Shown here: positions 46,887 to 56,230 of the stretch, piece after piece
How positions within the stretch are numbered: position 1 is the first letter of the stretch
Layout: each line of letters starts with the position of its first letter
Assembly: GCA_965228895.1 (NCBI GenBank)
Contig: OZ245842.1
Span: forward strand, 832,001-896,000
Reading direction: 5' to 3'
DNA: 64,000 nt
Source of the DNA: Alphaproteobacteria bacterium
GTDB taxonomy: Bacteria > Pseudomonadota > Alphaproteobacteria > SP197
Program-made: the position numbers and the translations under genes
Notes under the pieces: generated by a model
Database searches by the model: none
Told to the model about the DNA's origin: nothing
The model's input: the letters and a program-made list of their open reading frames with translations, nothing else

Positions 46887-47843
46887 TCACCCGACCTTCT
46901 GGATCAGCCAGTTGAAGAGCCCTGCGTCCAGCGCCAGTTCTGAGAGACGCTCGGGTCCGACTAATGTCACCCGTGGATCCTCCGTCGCTACCGGACCGGA
47001 TGCCGTATCGTAGGCATAGAACATACGGGCACCGGGAACCTCGTCCATACGCGCGACGTAGTCGTCGACTTGGCTTTGGCTGGTCGCAGACTTGACCTGA
47101 ACGAAGGCGTGTTCGCCGGTGCTGGGATGCTCCAGCTCGATGTCGACTGTCCGTTGCGTACTGCCTGTCTCACCGACCTGGCGCCAGCCGCTTTGCACAA
47201 AGACGAGGTCGACCACAAGCTCAAAGTCCTGACAGGTCAGGTGGTTCATGAGTGCCTGAATGGACGCTAGTGCTGTGGCCCTGGCCGCCTTGGCTTTGCC
47301 GATCACTGGCAAATCCTCGTCGTTGATCTTGGCGAGGAGATGGTCGAGCGTGCCGACATCGCAGATGGTCGCCCGATAGGCGGCAGTGCGAGTTAGTCGG
47401 CCGTTGAGCTCTCGCTGGCGCAGAGGGCGGCCGCCGATGCTGGCGCTGTGCCAGCTGTCCACGGTCCGGCGCAGCCGGCTGCCGTCAGGGAATGCCTCGC
47501 GGTCGTGACCCAGGAGTTCGACCTCGGGCTTGGCCTGGCACCACCACAGATGCCCGTTGTGGAAGGTGATCCAAACCGTGTCAGCGGGTGCATGGTAGAA
47601 GTCGATGACTTGGCGGGCTTGATCCGACGCCGCCCCTTTGGCTAGCCCGAGATTGCGATAGGTCTCCCTGATGCCGTTTCTATTGCCGGCAAGGGCCATT
47701 TCGTGTGGTGCCTCGTAGTACGCAAGCCGCAGCGCACCGTCTTCGAGGCAGAGCTCCTCCCAAGCGCCGCCTTCGCCGAGTTTGATGAACTTCGCCGAAG
47801 ATGCGCTGACGCCCTGGCTTGACGATGGTGGTGCCGTATCCAT
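46887..47843 (-). CDS. Mrr-like PD-(D/E)xK restriction endonuclease family protein
   Basis: C-terminal DFE.VV..VF...GW...VDI......FVQVKS motif. Confidence 0.75.
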   Translation of the reverse strand: MDTAPPSSSQGVSASSAKFIKLGEGGAWEELCLEDGALRLAYYEAPHEMALAGNRNGIRETYRNLGLAKGAASDQARQVIDFYHAPADTVWITFHNGHLWWCQAKPEVELLGHDREAFPDGSRLRRTVDSWHSASIGGRPLRQRELNGRLTRTAAYRATICDVGTLDHLLAKINDEDLPVIGKAKAARATALASIQALMNHLTCQDFELVVDLVFVQSGWRQVGETGSTQRTVDIELEHPSTGEHAFVQVKSATSQSQVDDYVARMDEVPGARMFYAYDTASGPVATEDPRVTLVGPERLSELALDAGLFNWLIQKVG

Positions 47844-48375
47844 ACGCCAAGACAGCCGTGGCACGTCCGCGAAGTCAACGACAATGAGGCCCCGACAGTT
47901 TCCCGATGTTTCTGTTGAAGGGCAGACGACCTGACAAGTTCATAGAGCGCCAGGAGCGCGTTAATCATAGAACTGTGCGAAACGAGCATGGCGTCGATCT
48001 ACGCAAGCTAACCGATGAACAGCTTCATACTTTGTCCGGCATCGCTAGATCGTTATCAATACCGAAGGAATCTACGTGACTGGTGTTAAATTTGATCTGC
48101 TCGATCCATTAGGCTGAGTGGTTGCACGAAGGCGCCAGCGAATTCTGCGACTGAAAACTAGTTTCTGTAGGCGGTTTCCAACGGTGACACTCTTCCGCTT
48201 ATCCGATTGGGGCGAATGTCTCAAATGGCCGCAGAGACGTAATGGTGCTTGGCGCGCTCTAGGTCCAGATGCGTGTCGTCAGGAGGTCCAAATGATCGCG
48301 TTCTTCAAAAACCTGTTGCGCGGTTCAAGCAATGGTGAGAATTGACCCAGAGCATACGCCTTGCACGAGAATTCT

Positions 48376-49124
48376 ATGCTTTACCAACCATTCGAAGGGC
48401 CACTCCTGAAGGTTGAACGAGCAAAAAGCCACATTGAAAGCTTAAGCATAACTTTGTCACGGTATAATGAACGCGTCGAGTACGGCTTCATTGAGGTTAG
48501 CCAGCCGAACCCGGGAATAGTCGAGCTCAGGTTCGAGTTCTCCGAACCGCCTCCCAATGACTTGCCACTTCTAATTGGTGACGCGATTCACAATTTGCGG
48601 TCAGCACTTGACCTCATGGTGTGCGATATTGCGCGCACTCGAAATGCCGATGCGGAAAAGTAGCATTTGCATTTGCGAGCAGTGAAGAGACATTTTCGAA
48701 AGCAGTTCGGGATCGCGACGTCCGAAAGCTAGGCGAGGATCTTGTCGAAAAAATCACCGCGTTGAAACCGTATGGTAGCGGAAATCGAGTGCTCTATGCG
48801 ATCAATGCTCTGGATATCACCGACAAGCACAAGATGGTGATGCCAGTCTTTCAGGCTGTTCCTTTCGCTGAGCTTAAGCTCGGAAGTTTCGGGGTTGGTG
48901 GCACCGCATTCATGATCCCGGGTGCCACTATCCATGTTAGGCGTGGTGTGCCAATCCAAATGCGACGCAAAGGAAACGTGATAGCTGTTTTTCTTGGAGA
49001 CTCACTACTGCCCCTTGAGCCAGAAATGGAGAGGCTCAACGAAATGTCGCTAGTGGTTGCCGATGTCATCAGATCGTTTAGGCAACATGTTTGCCCTAGA
49101 AGTGCAGGCGCGGCGCCCCGGTAA
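48376..49124 (+). pseudogene. Frameshifted hypothetical gene (HEPN-like motifs)
   Basis: KVERAKSH...GDAIHNLRSALD in one frame continues as F....KPY...DITDKHK in another; adding one A in the run at 48656-48659 fuses them. Confidence 0.6.
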
Positions 49125-49160
49125 CGGCGCAGTTGACTCAGGCAAGCTCAGTTCGCACGA

Positions 49161-49500
49161 TGGCCTGCTCTGGCTAATCGGTCCGATCCGAATATTAGCT
49201 CATGATGTGCATTTCGTCCGCCGGGACGTTGGTTCCTGGTGCTTGCAGACTGTAGCCAGGCACCGAGTGAGGCCGCATCGTTTTGCGCTAGGACTCACAC
49301 GTCTCAGTGATGGTTCAGGTCTCCCTAGGGCGTAGAAGATCTCGCCGTTGAGTAGCCCCTCGCGAAAGCGGCTATCAAAGCTCTGAATTAGACATTCTCC
49401 CAAGGTGGGCGTGGCTCGACATAGGTTGTCATGGCTCCGGCAGGTTGATCGGTGTCCGCCCGGCTTCGGCGACGAAAACGCTGCTACAGTCGCTATTGCT
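49161..49500 (-). mobile_element. Degenerate IS3-family transposase 3' remnant
   Basis: Broken frames resembling YIEPGSPWEN..ESFN...LLNGEIFY and RPHS.LGY; end-like TGGCCTGC at 49161. Confidence 0.7.
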
Positions 49501-49751
49501 TCGCTACCTAGTCTTCCGGTTGCGTCCGAATCGAGCTATACTACCTGGCATCTGGGTCGGATGGCTCGCTCGAATGGAAAATGACGGTTGATACTTAGTC
49601 CTTTCTGTGCGGATGGAGTTCGCCGAGGCAGCCGCAGAATAAATGGGGCTTCGCACCAAGTGTTGGGGACGTATATGAACAGCTGCCCATGTTAGGAGGC
49701 GTCCGAGGCAGATAGAAAGCCGCATAGACCTGATTTGGGGGAGGTTTTGCG

Positions 49752-50495
49752 ATGAAGCTAAGAGGGGTCCTTGCATTTCTGTGCATCACACTGGCTGCGT
49801 GCGAGGCGGTACCAAACACGGGTTTAAATGGTGCGAGTTGGGCCTCGGTGAGTTCAACAAATGACCCGGGCGTGTATCGGGACTTCGACACCCAAGCGGT
49901 TTTTGATGGGACGGACCAGGTTGGGGAGGCAATGTTCCGAAGCACTCATCCCGGCGCGAGCGATGGAGGGCTAGGGACAACAGACTGGGTCTATGTTCGT
50001 ACGGTAGAGCTTGATTACGCTGCAATTGTTTCCGGCGCGTACAACCTATCGCCAGAAATAGTCAGGTTCTTTCGGGAGTGCGCACCGGCCCTCGATCCGA
50101 CCAATCCTGAGGATCAGTTCCGTTCAGGCCGTCTGGGCGACACGCCTGATGCACGTCTGGTTTTGACGCGTGTCACTTGGCGCACCGAAATCGGACCAGG
50201 GCCGCAGATCTACTCGACGGCTCGTGTGGCCGATGCAAATCTACAGGTATTCGGTGCCAGCGCTAAGCTGCAGCGTCCCCTGTCTCTCAGCGTGCTGCTC
50301 TCAGTTGAGCCGGGTCGGAGCTTTGAGCCAGCATCTCCGATTATTAATCGGACTGTCAGCAACATCCGCACCGGAGACGTCACAGCAAACTGCACGGACC
50401 AAACCCTCGAGACGGCGCACATCGCAATTGGAGAGTCCGGCTGGTTCCCCGGAGGGGATGTTTACAACATCGTTGTGGAGATCATCGAGGAATGA
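49752..50495 (+). CDS. Hypothetical lipoprotein
   Basis: SD GGAGG; MKLR + hydrophobic core + lipobox LAAC. Confidence 0.75.
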   Translation: MKLRGVLAFLCITLAACEAVPNTGLNGASWASVSSTNDPGVYRDFDTQAVFDGTDQVGEAMFRSTHPGASDGGLGTTDWVYVRTVELDYAAIVSGAYNLSPEIVRFFRECAPALDPTNPEDQFRSGRLGDTPDARLVLTRVTWRTEIGPGPQIYSTARVADANLQVFGASAKLQRPLSLSVLLSVEPGRSFEPASPIINRTVSNIRTGDVTANCTDQTLETAHIAIGESGWFPGGDVYNIVVEIIEE

Positions 50496-50821
50496 GTTTT
50501 GCGACGTCGTCACAGCAGCCCGGTTCCCCCTTGAACTTCCGTGTCCGCGTTAGCAAGGCAAAGGGCGACAAGGCCCTTTGGGGTGGCGCAGGCATAGATA
50601 ATCCTCTAACTGGCACAGATGCCTACATTTTGGTTCGCGTGGATGAGCGGGGAGAGCCGATCGAGCTTTTCAAGCAGCCTACGCGCGGTTCACCACCGAA
50701 GCTAGTAGCAAAACTTGAGCCTGGCGAGACTTTCCTCGTGGCAATCGACAAGGCCGTTGCCATCACGGCACGCTGCGCGAAAGACACTTTCGTGGACTGT
50801 GCTTTCGTAGCTAAGGGTTGA
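50492..50821 (+). CDS. Small beta-rich hypothetical protein
   Basis: ATGA overlap with the lipoprotein gene; 109 aa. Confidence 0.65.
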   Translation: MSFATSSQQPGSPLNFRVRVSKAKGDKALWGGAGIDNPLTGTDAYILVRVDERGEPIELFKQPTRGSPPKLVAKLEPGETFLVAIDKAVAITARCAKDTFVDCAFVAKG

Positions 50822-50830
50822 GAGGAACAA

Positions 50831-52216
50831 ATGACGATTCAGGCAAAGGTCCGCACTCTGCGTGCTCGCGCAAGCCAATCCGCGGATCTGAGTTTCAACA
50901 TGGCGGGCGTTATCGCAGCGCGGAACTATGATTTCGCGACAGACAATGGAACGGCTCATCTTGGTAAGGTGGCGCTCCGGTTCGACATTAAGACAAACTT
51001 GTACGATCACTTGGGGGAAACAGAACCTGGGTCCGGACCGATCATCGCAAATTCGCGACTGAAGTATGGTGCAGGGTCGATTGCGCAACTCTTCATATCG
51101 CCGAAAGGGTCTAATCCAGCACCGTACCTGTTTGAACTGCGGAACGAAACGCTTGGAGCTGCCCTCGATCAGGCAATCTCCAAACGAGAGAACGCCTATT
51201 TGGAGAGGTACAGACATGTAGCGCAAATTGCGGCTAGGCTGCGGCACAGCTACCCTGAGATCACGAAACATTTGACTAACCTCGTCGCTAACACGCAGGC
51301 GCGGTTTGACGCACTCGACGCAGAGTACGCAACTGATGGGATTGCAGTACGAAAGGCGACAGTCAGCGAGCAGTCTGTGAGTGCTGACTATGCGGTTCAA
51401 ACAGAAAACGTGACCAAGTCAACGACATTGGCGACCTGGAACTCAACCATGCCGAATGGCAATCCTTCCGGCGACGCAATGATTACTGAAATCAAGGATC
51501 CGGATGGCAAGGTGCTTCAGAAGCACGAGACGCCAAATGCCGGCAGTCTCCCTCGGATTCTGAACGCTGCAGGGCAATGGGAGTTAGTAAGTACTCCGGA
51601 CTTCACCAGCCAGAAGGTCGAGGCAAAAACCACCTCAGATGGGAAGCAAATCACCGAGACATTCGATGCGCGATACGCCCACCCGCGATTGGAAAATGAA
51701 ATTGAGTATCGCCAGGCCAGTCAAGCGCTCCATAGTGAACTGATCAAACAGGAACTCGCCACTCATAGATTGCCGCATCTAGAGCGGATCATGGAGAATG
51801 AGCTGAAGGCGATAGATCTCGAGATTCGGTCCCTTCAGTTGAACTTCGCTCACACCTACCTAACTGCTCCGTTCGACGGAGTGGTAACAGCCCTTTACAA
51901 AGATATCGGAGAGAGCGTGGAGGCCGGTGAACCAATACTTCGTCTCGAGAACGACACTGTGCTTCTAATTGTTGGCCAGGTGCAGGCCGTAGGCTCTGTT
52001 CGACTTGGTGCCCAAGTGACAATTACATTCGACCTGGATGACACTGGCGCAATGAAGCAATTGCCTGGCCACATCGTTTCGGTTCGCGGCCATGAGGCCG
52101 ACAACGACGAGTGGGACCTGATAATACAAGCTGATAACCCTGCTGACGGTGGGGGACGGCTGGTGCCCCTCAACTATCAGTTCGATCCTGATTCCTCGGT
52201 TGTGGTCATCATGTAA
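50831..52216 (+). CDS. Atypical HlyD/membrane-fusion (periplasmic adaptor)-like protein
   Basis: ADLSFNMAGVI and LTAPFDGVVTALYKDIGESVEAGEPILRL lipoyl-like halves, coiled coil, C-terminal beta-barrel-like region; SD GAGGA. Confidence 0.7.
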   Translation: MTIQAKVRTLRARASQSADLSFNMAGVIAARNYDFATDNGTAHLGKVALRFDIKTNLYDHLGETEPGSGPIIANSRLKYGAGSIAQLFISPKGSNPAPYLFELRNETLGAALDQAISKRENAYLERYRHVAQIAARLRHSYPEITKHLTNLVANTQARFDALDAEYATDGIAVRKATVSEQSVSADYAVQTENVTKSTTLATWNSTMPNGNPSGDAMITEIKDPDGKVLQKHETPNAGSLPRILNAAGQWELVSTPDFTSQKVEAKTTSDGKQITETFDARYAHPRLENEIEYRQASQALHSELIKQELATHRLPHLERIMENELKAIDLEIRSLQLNFAHTYLTAPFDGVVTALYKDIGESVEAGEPILRLENDTVLLIVGQVQAVGSVRLGAQVTITFDLDDTGAMKQLPGHIVSVRGHEADNDEWDLIIQADNPADGGGRLVPLNYQFDPDSSVVVIM

Positions 52217-52899
52217 TGTCAGTACCGCGTCCAAACCCCCCACGTTTGTGGGGGAGTAACCCCACTGAATTGGAGGAATCGCGCGGTGTCACAAACTTGA
52301 GGTTAACTTGGGACCGCGTCGCAGGGGCTTCAGGTTACGACTTGAGAATTGATGGCGGGACTATAATGCCGGTGCAGCCTGACGTAACACCAGGCGGGTT
52401 CGGTCCCAATACCCTTCACAGCTTTGAAGTGCGAGCTAAAGTCGGAACCGACGTCTCTCTGTGGTCAGGGGCATTCGAAACGGTGACACGCCCGCCAACT
52501 CCAACTCTGCCCAAACAAGATGCGGCAAGTGTGAGTATCTGGGGTGTGGCCCTTTTGTGGAATGAAAGCGCGAGCCTTCCCGGTGCATACATTGATGTTT
52601 GGCGAAGGTTGGGAGGCGTCGAAAACAGGCTCAACGAAGGCCAGCCATTACCACTTCTTGGCGGTTGGCTCGATGAAACAGACCCCTCGATGTCCGATAA
52701 GGCATTCTGGTTGCAGTTGGTCGTGCCGGCTTTATCGGTTCCGGGTGACCGGCTACCTGGCGATAACGTCTCATTTTTTGGCCCTGAGATCCAATTGAGT
52801 GGGCCGGTTGTTCGCCGCGCGGTAATCCCTCCGCGCAGTGTTCGGTCTTCCGATCAATTATGGCATCGACAGTACGGTCGTGCAGGACGGCTGTTGTGA
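52216..52899 (+). CDS. Fibronectin type III-like domain protein
   Basis: LTWDRVAGASGYDL...PNT.HSFEVRA...SLWS; TAATG overlap. Confidence 0.65.
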   Translation: MSVPRPNPPRLWGSNPTELEESRGVTNLRLTWDRVAGASGYDLRIDGGTIMPVQPDVTPGGFGPNTLHSFEVRAKVGTDVSLWSGAFETVTRPPTPTLPKQDAASVSIWGVALLWNESASLPGAYIDVWRRLGGVENRLNEGQPLPLLGGWLDETDPSMSDKAFWLQLVVPALSVPGDRLPGDNVSFFGPEIQLSGPVVRRAVIPPRSVRSSDQLWHRQYGRAGRLL

Positions 52900-54365
52900 T
52901 CGCCGGCTTGCCAGAGCGAGCTCTTTGGGAAAGAGCCGGAGAGCAAAGTTCACGAGAGCGCACTGTACGAGAAAGGCGAGCCGTCGAAATCTGGGGTCGC
53001 CGACATTCGAAGCCGAGTGTATTTGATGATCGTCCCGAACGTGCCCGGCCTGGGACAGAAGGATGGCGAATGGTCTCTACCTCAGCCGCTCAGGCAAATA
53101 CGACCACGGGCTCAACAACGTTCAGGTCGCCGCCCTATAGCGAGGCATGGGAACCGCGAGGCGAGAAAGCACGAATGTCGGGCGGAGTGTTTCCGTCTCC
53201 GCCCTGGGCTGGCGGAGGTGTCGAGCCCCCCTCGTCTCGCGAAGTTCCCGAAGTGAGGCGCGAAGGGCCAGTATTCGGTCGAAGGGGAAACATATTCGGA
53301 AACTACTTTGGTTGGGGTGAGGCCCTGGACGATCCGCTAAGTCCGGCAAGCCCGGTTGACTTGGTCGCTTGGTATCATGACCAAGAGTATGGAGCAATCC
53401 AACGGAAGTACGGAGCAAGCTCTGATCCTGTTGAGGCATACTTTGAGCCTTTCACACGTTTTGATCGTCCGGAGTTCATGTATGACTTGGCGATGGCAGA
53501 CCTTCGATTCAATGAGAACTCTTGGAGTTTTATTGGTCAAGCCATGGATCAAGGCTTCTATCGCGGCGCCGCTGAATTGTTGGCTGCCGACATAGTAATG
53601 TCTTCTCTCGCTTGGGTGTTTCACACTGCGCTCGCGGGCGTGAGACTTGCAGTCTACGGGACGCAGGTTGTCTTTGGTGGACTTTACAAAGTGTTCGCTG
53701 GAGAGATGTCGATCGGTAATTACTTAGTGAGCATAATGGAGGGAGGGGCAAAAATACTTGCCGCAGTAGGATACTTCATCGCCGGCACGGTTCGCGGAGT
53801 ATGGAACTTCGGTGCGGCGACGTTGCGTGGGATAGCGCGAGACCCTGTGCGGGGCTTATCGGGTGTTGCGCTCGGTGCGGCCGCCGGTAGCGTGTTCGGT
53901 CCAATAGGAACTGTTGTCGGAGGTATCATCGGGGGAGCGATTGGTGGCGGTGGCGGATGCTTTATCACGACTGCTGTGTGTGAGGCACATGGTTTGCCCG
54001 ATGAGCACGAGTTGCTTGTAGAGTTACGTCGATTCCGTGACGGCTACATGTCCCGAGATCCCTCGGCGCGGAGTCTGGTCGAGGCCTATTACCGTGTATC
54101 ACCGCTGATCGTTGCTGAATTCGCTCTAAGGCCAGACAAAGACGACATCTACCGCGAGCTGTTTGCACGTTATCTGGTTCCTGCGTTCAATATGGTCCGT
54201 CGAGGTCGTTATAGAGCAGCGCTAAGTGTGTATCGCGCAATGTTGCTTCGCGCAGCTTCGAAGGCAGGGCTGCGTCATGAGTTAGACCGTTTCCCGGCCA
54301 TTGATCGCTATCGATCCTTGCCGGATTGGGATCCTTCGACGACGGGAATTCTGACAGCTACGTAG
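52896..54365 (+). CDS. Phospholipase A2-motif protein with hydrophobic/glycine-zipper region and CFI-box C-terminal domain
   Basis: YFGWG, DLVAWYHDQEY, ADLRF; GxxxG zipper; GGGGCFITTA...LRRFRD...YYRVSP; GTGA overlap. Confidence 0.7.
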   Translation: MIAGLPERALWERAGEQSSRERTVRERRAVEIWGRRHSKPSVFDDRPERARPGTEGWRMVSTSAAQANTTTGSTTFRSPPYSEAWEPRGEKARMSGGVFPSPPWAGGGVEPPSSREVPEVRREGPVFGRRGNIFGNYFGWGEALDDPLSPASPVDLVAWYHDQEYGAIQRKYGASSDPVEAYFEPFTRFDRPEFMYDLAMADLRFNENSWSFIGQAMDQGFYRGAAELLAADIVMSSLAWVFHTALAGVRLAVYGTQVVFGGLYKVFAGEMSIGNYLVSIMEGGAKILAAVGYFIAGTVRGVWNFGAATLRGIARDPVRGLSGVALGAAAGSVFGPIGTVVGGIIGGAIGGGGGCFITTAVCEAHGLPDEHELLVELRRFRDGYMSRDPSARSLVEAYYRVSPLIVAEFALRPDKDDIYRELFARYLVPAFNMVRRGRYRAALSVYRAMLLRAASKAGLRHELDRFPAIDRYRSLPDWDPSTTGILTAT

Positions 54366-54419
54366 GATGAGACTCAGGCTTTCTGCGTGTTTGCCGTATC
54401 TCCTGTTCTGCACCGAGAC

Positions 54420-54788
54420 CGCCGGAAATATGTCGGCCAGTAGAGTACGCGGCTTGCAGACATAGATTCTAAGCTGAGGAGCTGAGGATTCTACGCGCAG
54501 AAAGACAAGGAAACTGCGCGCCTCGCGGATATCGGTTTCGTGTTGTGGGACGGCAAGAGTGCGGGATCGGTGGCCAATATTCTTGAGCTGTTGAAGAAGG
54601 ACAAGAAGGTTGTCGCCTACTACGCGCCCGGCAAGCAGTTCCACAATCTGTGTTCGATCGAGGATGTTGAACCCCTATGTCAGAAATGCGAGCCGGATAC
54701 CTTTGATACGATCAGCCGCAAGGTGCGGCTGTCAAGCTCACTGCGCGACATGCGAAACGGCAGGCATACGATGTTCCAGCCGCTCTAA
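54420..54788 (+). pseudogene. Degraded gene of a SLOG-like family
   Basis: In-frame FYAQKDKE.A.LADIGFVLWDGKSAGS.AN preceded by stops at 54441 and 54483. Confidence 0.5.
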
Positions 54789-54892
54789 CAGTGCAGTCTT
54801 GAGCGAACTGCGTCGCTCACTCAGACGCTAAGCTTAGCAGTACCATCGTAATGGGAGCGTAACAGCATGGTACAGACCGTAACATCCTATGC

Positions 54893-54921
54893 TTGACAAG
54901 ATTAGCAGCGCTAAGTACAAC
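54893..54921 (+). promoter_or_regulatory. Sigma70-like promoter with a palindrome in the spacer
   Basis: TTGACA-17 bp-TACAAC; TTAGC-agc-GCTAA at 54902-54914. Confidence 0.5.
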
Positions 54922-54928
54922 AAGCACT

Positions 54929-55288
54929 ATGACAGAATCTACTGAAAAACTCGGTACGTTTCTGGCGTCGACGCGCAACAAGCTCGGACTCACATTGAGG
55001 ACTGTTGAAAAGCAGGTTGGGATTTCCAACGCGTATCTGAGCCAGTTGGAGCACGGAAAAATCAAGATGCCCGCTCCGCAGAACCTGCACAAGCTAGCCC
55101 AATTGTATCGGTTGCCCTACGAGCTCTTGATGGAGCTGGCCGGGTATCCGGTACCAAGGCCGAAAGCGGGGAGCGCAAGACAAAAGCTGGATTCATTATC
55201 GGCGAGAATTGGATCGGTGAGCAAAGAGGAGGAAGAGGCGCTTGTAGAATATCTGCAGTTCATCCGGTCAAGAAAGCGGAGGCGATAG
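54929..55288 (+). CDS. XRE-family HTH transcriptional regulator
   Basis: R.KLGLTLRTVEKQVGISNAYLSQLEHGK...P. Confidence 0.9.
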   Translation: MTESTEKLGTFLASTRNKLGLTLRTVEKQVGISNAYLSQLEHGKIKMPAPQNLHKLAQLYRLPYELLMELAGYPVPRPKAGSARQKLDSLSARIGSVSKEEEEALVEYLQFIRSRKRRR

Positions 55289-56230
55289 ATGCGATGGTCG
55301 TACTCCGCAAGCCGTTCATTTCGTCAATGCCAGCGTCAGTGGTACTTCAAGAACATCGTGGCCAGCGCGAAGGCGAAAGACCCGCTACGAAAACGCGCCT
55401 ATCTTCTGAGCAAGCTGCAAAGCGTGAGTGCTTGGCGGGGCCGGATTGTGGATGACGTCATATCAAACGTCATTGTTCCCTGCATTAACCGAAACACCTG
55501 CATAACGCTAAAACAGGCCAAGGAGCGTGCCCGGAATCTGTTTGAAAGGCAACTCGCCTTTGGGCGGCGCCATCCAATTGACGACCTGAACCTTCGCGTG
55601 TCTGAGCAGGGGGAAGATTTCGCCGCCTTCCACGCCATGGAGTACAATCGCGGACTTTCACAAACAGAGATAGACCGGGCATGGTCCGAGATTGAAACCG
55701 CGTTGGAAAACCTCTTTAGGCTGCATGATCTCAAGCGCATCATGAAGTCTTCCGACTACATTGTAACGCAGCGAGCACTCCAGTTCCCGCTCATGGACGG
55801 AATAACCGTTCTTGCCTATCCTGATGCCATAGCTTTTCAATCTGGCTCGTCGCCAATCCTCATTGATTGGAAGGTTCACGTCTTTGGGAAGAATGACGCT
55901 TGGCTGCAGCTAGCGATCTATGCGATAGCGCTGCAACGGTGCAAGCCCCATGCGGATTTTCCGGCGCTGCCGGAAGCCCCTCTTCAGGACATAAAACTCT
56001 ACGAGGTACAACTCCTAACAAACGTTGTGCGCGAACACGCTCTTGATGCCGATCAGTTTATTGAGGCTGAGGAGTACATGATCGCGTCTGCATACGAGAT
56101 GACGTGTCTTACGGAAGGAGAGAAGTACGCCAGGCTGGACATGGAAGACTTTACGCCAGCCTTGCATGCGCAAACATGCCAGCGCTGTGCGTTTCGGAAA
56201 TTGTGCTGGAAGGATGAGCATGTCCATTGA
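55289..56230 (+). CDS. Cas4/AddB-like PD-(D/E)xK nuclease
   Basis: WSYS......C, YPDAI, IDWK, QLAIY, C-terminal CQRCAFRKLC (1+3 Cys). Confidence 0.85.
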   Translation: MRWSYSASRSFRQCQRQWYFKNIVASAKAKDPLRKRAYLLSKLQSVSAWRGRIVDDVISNVIVPCINRNTCITLKQAKERARNLFERQLAFGRRHPIDDLNLRVSEQGEDFAAFHAMEYNRGLSQTEIDRAWSEIETALENLFRLHDLKRIMKSSDYIVTQRALQFPLMDGITVLAYPDAIAFQSGSSPILIDWKVHVFGKNDAWLQLAIYAIALQRCKPHADFPALPEAPLQDIKLYEVQLLTNVVREHALDADQFIEAEEYMIASAYEMTCLTEGEKYARLDMEDFTPALHAQTCQRCAFRKLCWKDEHVH

